A DNA stretch of 64,000 nt from Eledone cirrhosa (Eukaryota), in assembly GCA_964016885.1 (NCBI GenBank), contig OZ024752.1, forward strand, positions 26,908,001 through 26,972,000, written 5' to 3'. The notes beneath the pieces are model-generated. The model was not told the DNA's origin. It did not search any database and worked only from the letters and a program-made list of their open reading frames with translations. The position numbers and the translations under genes were made by a program. Below are positions 57,819 through 64,000 of the stretch, piece by piece; the stretch's first letter is position 1; every line of letters begins with the position of its first letter.

Positions 57819-58696
57819 CCGGTACCTTGAGAAAACAACTCCAAACGTCAACACTGAGCATATAAAAAATCGAAATAACAGAAGTAAGCTTTATTCCTTC
57901 GTTATATTTTTCTGTTTTCTTTTTCTGTTCAAATTCTAGCTGTCTGATGAGGTCATAGCTGTTGTATAATGGTTAGCACCGACATTTATATAACAGTGAA
58001 TATGAATAAACGAACTTAATTTTAATCGTGGTATAGAAAGATTATAGATAAAATGTTATATTGTTTTAATCCAAATGAAAATAAAAATTACTTGTAAAAT
58101 TTGATTTGATTTGGTCGAGCCATTTGATAATGCATAAGGAGACAGAGAATTTTATATAGAGAGAGATGATCTTTCTGTAGTCGACTATACTACCATGGCG
58201 ATGACAACGTCACATTTTGTATATGAGTGTGTTTGTGAATGTGTGTGTGTGTTTATGCGTTCGTTATGTAGGCCTTAGTAAGTTATATACGTATACATCT
58301 TCAAGTAAATATTTAATCAGATAAATAGAAAATTAAACACACACACATCGTCACATGTGATGACTGACAAGTATATATGTGTGAGTGCATGCGAGAGTGT
58401 ATGTGTGTGTGAGAGTATACATACATTTCTGTGACGGCTCTCATAACAAAGGCTGGGGCGTGAAACTGTATGTTTGTATGAATGTATGTCTGTGTGTGTT
58501 TTTATAAGTTTGTGTGAGTGTATGTGTGTCTGTTCATGGGTGAAACTGTGTGTGTTTGTAAGAATGTATGCTTGTGCGCGTTTTTATAAGTGTATATTTG
58601 TGTGAGTATATGTGCGTTTATTCGTTAAATTATCAGTTAATACATTTGCTTATGTTTCGTTAATTTACACTGTATACAAAAATAATTGATACTTAT

Positions 58697-59154
58697 TTGT
58701 TTACAATATTGAAAGAAAATGTCTTTATTCTAAAAATTCCCATCATACCTACAGCTGTTCCATTTGAATTTAAGGGGCTTCAGTTTCCAGTCAAACTAAG
58801 TTTTGTTATTTCAATTAACAAATCTCAGGCCCAATCCCTCAAGGTAGTTGGACTTGATCTCTCTACTACATGTCTCTCCCACGGTCAACTCTATGTTAGT
58901 TGCTCACGAGTTGGAAGCAGGAACACTTTATTCATTTGGACACCAACAAAAAATTACGCAATGAATATTGTTTACCCTGAGGGCTTCAAGATTGACAGAT
59001 TTTCATTTCTAAATTCTATTCATTACAATTTAAAAAAAATAAAATATAAATATTTTGAAATAATTATGAGAAAAAAAAAATATCTTCAGATTTATTGTTT
59101 ACTAATCTGAATAAGAACAGCAGTAACACGGGCAACGCCGCGTCATACAGCTAG
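58697..59154 (+). mobile_element. Helitron 3' end: Pif1-like helicase C-terminal remnant, GC hairpin and CTAG terminus
   Basis: IP.IP...PFEFK.LQFPVKLSF..SINKSQ.QSL..VG.DL....SHGQLYV.CSRV; CGGGCAACGCCG, then CTAG|T at 59151-59154. Confidence 0.88.
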
Positions 59155-59426
59155 TATATATATATATCAAATAAATAAAATGACAGGTGGCCGGACTGGT
59201 AAATTTCCTTTAAAGTTTTATTGTTGCAACGACTATATTATATATTTCAATGGCCAGGCTACATAACCACCAAACTTCAATGTATATATATATATATACA
59301 TACATAAAAAGCCGGGAGTTTATATCAGTAGTAAGTAGAGCACTTAGTCCAAAGGATGAGTTCTGTATAGAGTTAGTACAACAACAAATTAGAAAACCAG
59401 ACTTTCGTTCTCACCGCAACCATACA

Positions 59427-59463
59427 CGGATTGAAAATCTGTTCGGTGAAACGCGCGTCATCG
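59427..59463 (+). ncRNA. Minimal hammerhead motif, U3:A8 core
   Basis: CGGA-UUGAAAA-u-CU guuc GG-u-GAA-ACGCGCGU-C^AUCG; short stem II. Confidence 0.45.
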
Positions 59464-59476
59464 AGTATGGTTTCTA

Positions 59477-59512
<36 letters not shown>

Positions 59513-59516
<4 letters not shown>

Positions 59517-60062
59517 GTTATATTTTGGGAGGGTCATGTTGCCAATAAGAAACACACGCACCAGCTGCTTTCACTTCAATTTATTATAATAAATTTATAA
59601 TAAATTTATAAATTTATAAATTTCTGGTTGGTTGGTTCCACAACCAGATAGTTGTTTATATATTGTCATAGTTCTTTCGTCACACAATCTGTGACCTCTT
59701 CAGTGACTGGGGATTCCTTTCTTTGTTTCTGTGCCTCTCCTTTGTTCTGTCCTACGCCATTTTGTTTCTCCAAAATGGCGTAGGACAGAATAAAGGAGAG
59801 GCACAGAAACAAAGAAAGGAATCCCCAGTCACTGAAGAGGTCACAGAGTGTGTGACGAAAGAACTATGACAATATATAAACAACTATCTGGTTGTGGAAC
59901 CAACCAACCAACCAGAAATTTATAAATTTATTATAATAAATTGAAGTGAAAGCAACTGGTGCGTGTGTTTCTTATTGGCAACATGACCCTCCCAAAATAT
60001 AACAATATCGGTTTCAACACACGATTTCAGATAAAGAATCTTGCTAAACAAATTCAGAAACG

Positions 60063-60106
<44 letters not shown>

Positions 60107-60416
60107 CGTTTCTGAATTTGTTTAACAAGATTCTTTATCTGAAAACGTGTGTTGAAACCGATATTGTTATACTTTGGGAGGGTCATGTTGCCAATAAGAA
60201 GCACACGCACCACTTGTTTTCACTTCAATTTATTATAATAAATTTATAAATTTAGGAATTTATAAATTTTTGGTTGGTTGGTTCCACAACCAGATGGTTG
60301 TTTATATATTGTAAAAGTTCTTTCGTCACACATTCTGTGACCTCTTCAGTGACTGGGGATTCTTTTCTTTGTTTTTGTGCCTCTCCTTTGTTCTGTCCTA
60401 CGCCATCATGTTTCTC

Positions 60417-60417
<1 letters not shown>
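59513..60417. mobile_element. Three alternating-orientation 3' ends of the 36 kb PLE family, each with an HHR (59665-59707 -, 59827-59870 +, ~60313-60355 -)
   Basis: High identity to 36570-36895. Confidence 0.88.
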
Positions 60418-60489
<72 letters not shown>

Positions 60490-60549
60490 TGAGAGAGAAT
60501 GAGACAATGCGAAGTAGTTTCAGATGTTAAAGTCCTTTATTGGTAATGG

Positions 60550-60620
60550 TGTGATACATATTTCAGTGACGACAGTGGCCACAAAATTCTGTGTACCCAG
60601 TGCCGTGACATCATCAGACA
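60550..60620 (-). ncRNA. Hammerhead motif with long stem II
   Basis: UGU-CUGAUGA-u-GU c ACGGCA c UGG...CCA c UGUCGU c AC-u-GAA-AUAUGU-A^UCACA. Confidence 0.6.
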
Positions 60621-60854
60621 GATTCTTATATAAAGTTACGTTCTCAAAGCAATCCAAACAGAAACGACAAGGGAACGGCCAAGGCGTGTGTTCTTAAGCC
60701 GCCTGCCCGTTACTCTGCTGTGGTAATGACAGAATGCACGTTACACTCCCAATATATATATGTATATATATATATATATAATGACGAAATGCACGTTACA
60801 CTCCCGATATATATATATAGGGAGTGTAACGTGCATTCTGTCATTACCACAGCA

Positions 60855-60914
60855 GAGATCCGATGAGCTTTTGATTCCAGAGTCTGGCCAATAGCGAAAC
60901 GCGCGTCACTACTC
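60855..60914 (+). ncRNA. Hammerhead motif, U4C core, preceded by an inverted repeat (60713-60750 / 60820-60857)
   Basis: CCGAUGA-GCU..CCAGA g UCUGG..AGC-GAA-ACGCGCGU-C; stem I weak. Confidence 0.55.
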
Positions 60915-60954
60915 AATAAACGCAATGAAGACATAACAAATCGTCCTTTTATTT

Positions 60955-61016
<62 letters not shown>

Positions 61017-61827
61017 GAGAGAGAGAGAGGGAAGAGAGGGATGTTTTACGTAATGCATATATTTCAATATATCAGTGTAATATATGCCACTTTTGGCGCC
61101 TGAAATAGAACTCATGATTCCTATCTAAGATATTAGACATGAAATATAACTGCTGTTATATTTTTATTTATTGAACATTATCTTTCTACTAATTAATCAT
61201 TATGATGGATTACTTGTTGGGACAAAGAATAATTCGAAGAATTACAAAATAATTTGGAAAATGGTTATATATATTCTTCTCTATTTTTACCTCAACTGAC
61301 TACCAATGAATATAATCTATGAATAATTGAATTAATTTATTGTTACTTGATTATTTTAGACATACATAACATACATACCTGTCAACATACTATAGACACA
61401 ATGGCACGTAGAGTTTAACAACATATATGTATGTATATATATATGTATGTATATGTATGTATGTATGAATATATGTGTATATATATATATAGATATATGT
61501 ATGTATATATGTATGTATATATATATATATGTATATATATATATGTATGTATATATATATATATGTATATATATATATGTATGTATATATATATATATGT
61601 ATATGTATATATATATATGTATATGTATATATATATATGTATATATATATGTATGTATATATATATGTATGTATATATATATGTATGTATATATATATAT
61701 GTATATATATATATATGTATGTATATATATATGTATATATATATATATATATGTATATTTATGTATATGTATGTATATGTATATGTATGTATATATATAT
61801 ATGTATGTATATGTATGTATATATATA

Positions 61828-61880
<53 letters not shown>

Positions 61881-62067
61881 GTATATATATATATATGTGT
61901 ATATATATTTCTATATATATATATGTATATATGTATATGTATGTATATGTGTGTATGTATGTATGTGTATATATATATATATTTATATATATATATGTAT
62001 ATATATATATGTGTATATATATTTCTATATATATATATGTATATGTATGTATATGTGTGTATGTATG

Positions 62068-62144
<77 letters not shown>

Positions 62145-62174
62145 TAAATTTAATGAAGATCTATCACCATGTCA

Positions 62175-62217
<43 letters not shown>

Positions 62218-62410
62218 GGGCGGTAGATTGGCAGTATTGGTAGAGAGTCGGACGCCATGCTTTGCAGCAAAGAGTTACGGCCCTTTATGATATGAGTTCA
62301 AATCTGGCCAAGGTTTACTTTGCCTCTCATCCTTACCGGGTCGATAAAATAAAGTACCAGTAATACACTGGGATAATTGCTGGCCTTGTGCCAAATGTGG
62401 AAACAATTAT
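62218..62410 (+). mobile_element. Nin/Deu-like SINE copy
   Basis: Head, core and tail match to the family. Confidence 0.8.
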
Positions 62411-62425
62411 TATATATATATATAT

Positions 62426-63100
62426 ATAATATATAGTAAGAAACACAGTAAACCGTGTGTCTAAAATTACAAGGGTTGAAAAACTACATTTGTTTGAAAT
62501 ATTTTCAAACAAATGTGGTTTTTCAACCCTTGTAATTTTAGACACACGGTTTACTGTGTTTCTTACTATATATTATTTATCAGCTCAGTATTTATACTTG
62601 GAGCTTAATAGTTGCAGGGTTCCAATTGAGTGTTAACTCTAATTTTCTTATATATTTCTGCTCCCTCACAAGTTGAGCTTATTAAGTTGTGTGTGTTGGA
62701 CTGTTATTTCTATTTCTATTCAATACACGCTTACTACGTTTGACTAGCGGAGCACGAGGTGACAAATTCATCTTTCTGTGTGAACGTTGGCAAATAGTGA
62801 TTGTGGCATTTAATCAGAATCTCTCGCTGATGAAGCCCAGGGTTATCTGTTACAAACACACTCAGGGCGAAACAGATTAGGGATAATCTGTCCGAGAGAT
62901 ATAATGGTTATTGAGGCGGTTTGTATATTTTATCATTCTGTCAGCTTCTTGGTTAAATATTTCAAACAAATGTGGTTTTTCAACCCTTGTAATTCTAGAC
63001 ACACGGTTTACTGTGTTTCTTACTATATATTATTTATCAGCTCAGTATTTATACTTGGATCTTAATAGTTGCAGGGTTCCAATTGAGTGTTAACTCTAAT

Positions 63101-63104
<4 letters not shown>
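62426..63104 (+). mobile_element. Non-coding 457-bp HHR unit in partial tandem with inverted 5' piece (retrozyme-like)
   Basis: 62503-62647 is repeated at 62960-63104; 62426-62499 is inverted; flanked by (TA)n. Confidence 0.8.
62819..62900 (+). ncRNA. Full canonical type I hammerhead ribozyme
   Basis: AUCUCUCG-CUGAUGA-a-GCCC...GGGC-GAA-ACAGAUUA ggga UAAUCUGU-C^CGAGAGAU; 8-bp stem I and 8-bp stem III. Confidence 0.92.
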
Positions 63105-63165
<61 letters not shown>

Positions 63166-63468
63166 TGTGTCACCTTTTCAACATATTGTATTTTAAAGAG
63201 CTCAGGATTCCGTCTCCTTTGAGCACATTATTGACAGGGAATATCGAGCGTCTGTGGCTCCGTTAATTTATCGTGATATATATACATAGTTTTAATATAG
63301 AAAAGCTTGTACAGGACTAGAACTGTCTCATTCGTGAGAAATCATCAGGAAGCCTCACGAATGAAACAGTTCTAGTCCTGTAGAAGCTTTTCTATATTAA
63401 AACTGTTATACGCTGCTATGTATTGAGTACCTTACTTACTGTGGTTACCTCCGATTCAACACGGAATA

Positions 63469-63504
<36 letters not shown>

Positions 63505-64000
63505 ACATTAAATTATGGTATGCCTTCATCAGACAAAATACAATATATAACAGTTTTACAAATAAGCTTTGACGTACCCTATTAAAATGCAACCATTATT
63601 TTTGGAAGCCATCCAAAATAATGGTTGCATTTTAATAGGGTTCGTCAAACCTTATTTGTAAAACTGTTATATATTGTATTTTGTCTGATGAAGGCATACC
63701 ATAATTTAATGTGGTATCCCTGAAATATGTATAATGAAATAAATATGGTTTTATAAATATAGTTTCCATTTATTAATATCGTATATCTACTCCAATACTT
63801 GTCGAGTGCTTTATATCAGTTATAAAAATATTTACTTGTTGTATCCCAACAATTTTAAATAGAACTTTTGCATATATATATATATATATATTTAATTTAT
63901 ATGTCGGCGATGAATTTGTTTTGCAATGTTTTTGATATGAAATTAATTATAAACATATAACATATACTAAAGCGAAAACCAACCCAAACCAATCAGTTTG

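Noticed and set aside
57944-58015. Hammerhead starting CTGATGA at ~57944
   Set aside because: A long hairpin follows, but no intact GAAA/stem III/NUH could be placed; at best a degraded copy.

Overview
This is AT-rich animal DNA made almost entirely of repeats. Its tRNA-derived SINEs (Nin/Deu-like and CORE-like) resemble those of octopods, though the taxon is inferred. Most ORFs in the supplied track are artefacts of (TA)n, (CA)n and (ACC)n microsatellites, including a ~12.5 kb (TA)n field. The real content falls into five groups. (1) Two Naiad-type Penelope-like retroelements (PLEs; RT plus C-terminal GIY-YIG): one is a 4184-bp-unit partial tandem with an inverted 5' piece, the other a ~4.8 kb fold-back. 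A third, Neptune/Poseidon-like GIY-YIG fragment is also present. (2) About 25 type I hammerhead-ribozyme (HHR) motifs, read by eye, from a dozen or more sequence families. Several have variant cores (U4C, U4A, compensated U3:A8), and nearly all sit in short fold-back insertions inside (TA)n. (3) Two non-coding, HHR-carrying 457-nt and 483-nt units in partial tandem that look like non-autonomous retrozymes. (4) Fragments of Tigger/pogo, hAT, Helitron, CRE, R4/NeSL-like, CR1/L2-like, RTE and Tx1-like elements. (5) Scattered minus-strand exon-like segments that in order suggest a decayed Cys-loop (nAChR/chemotactile-receptor-like) gene, plus candidate plus-strand exons near 2-7 kb. All folds and homologies were assigned by inspection and need computational confirmation.
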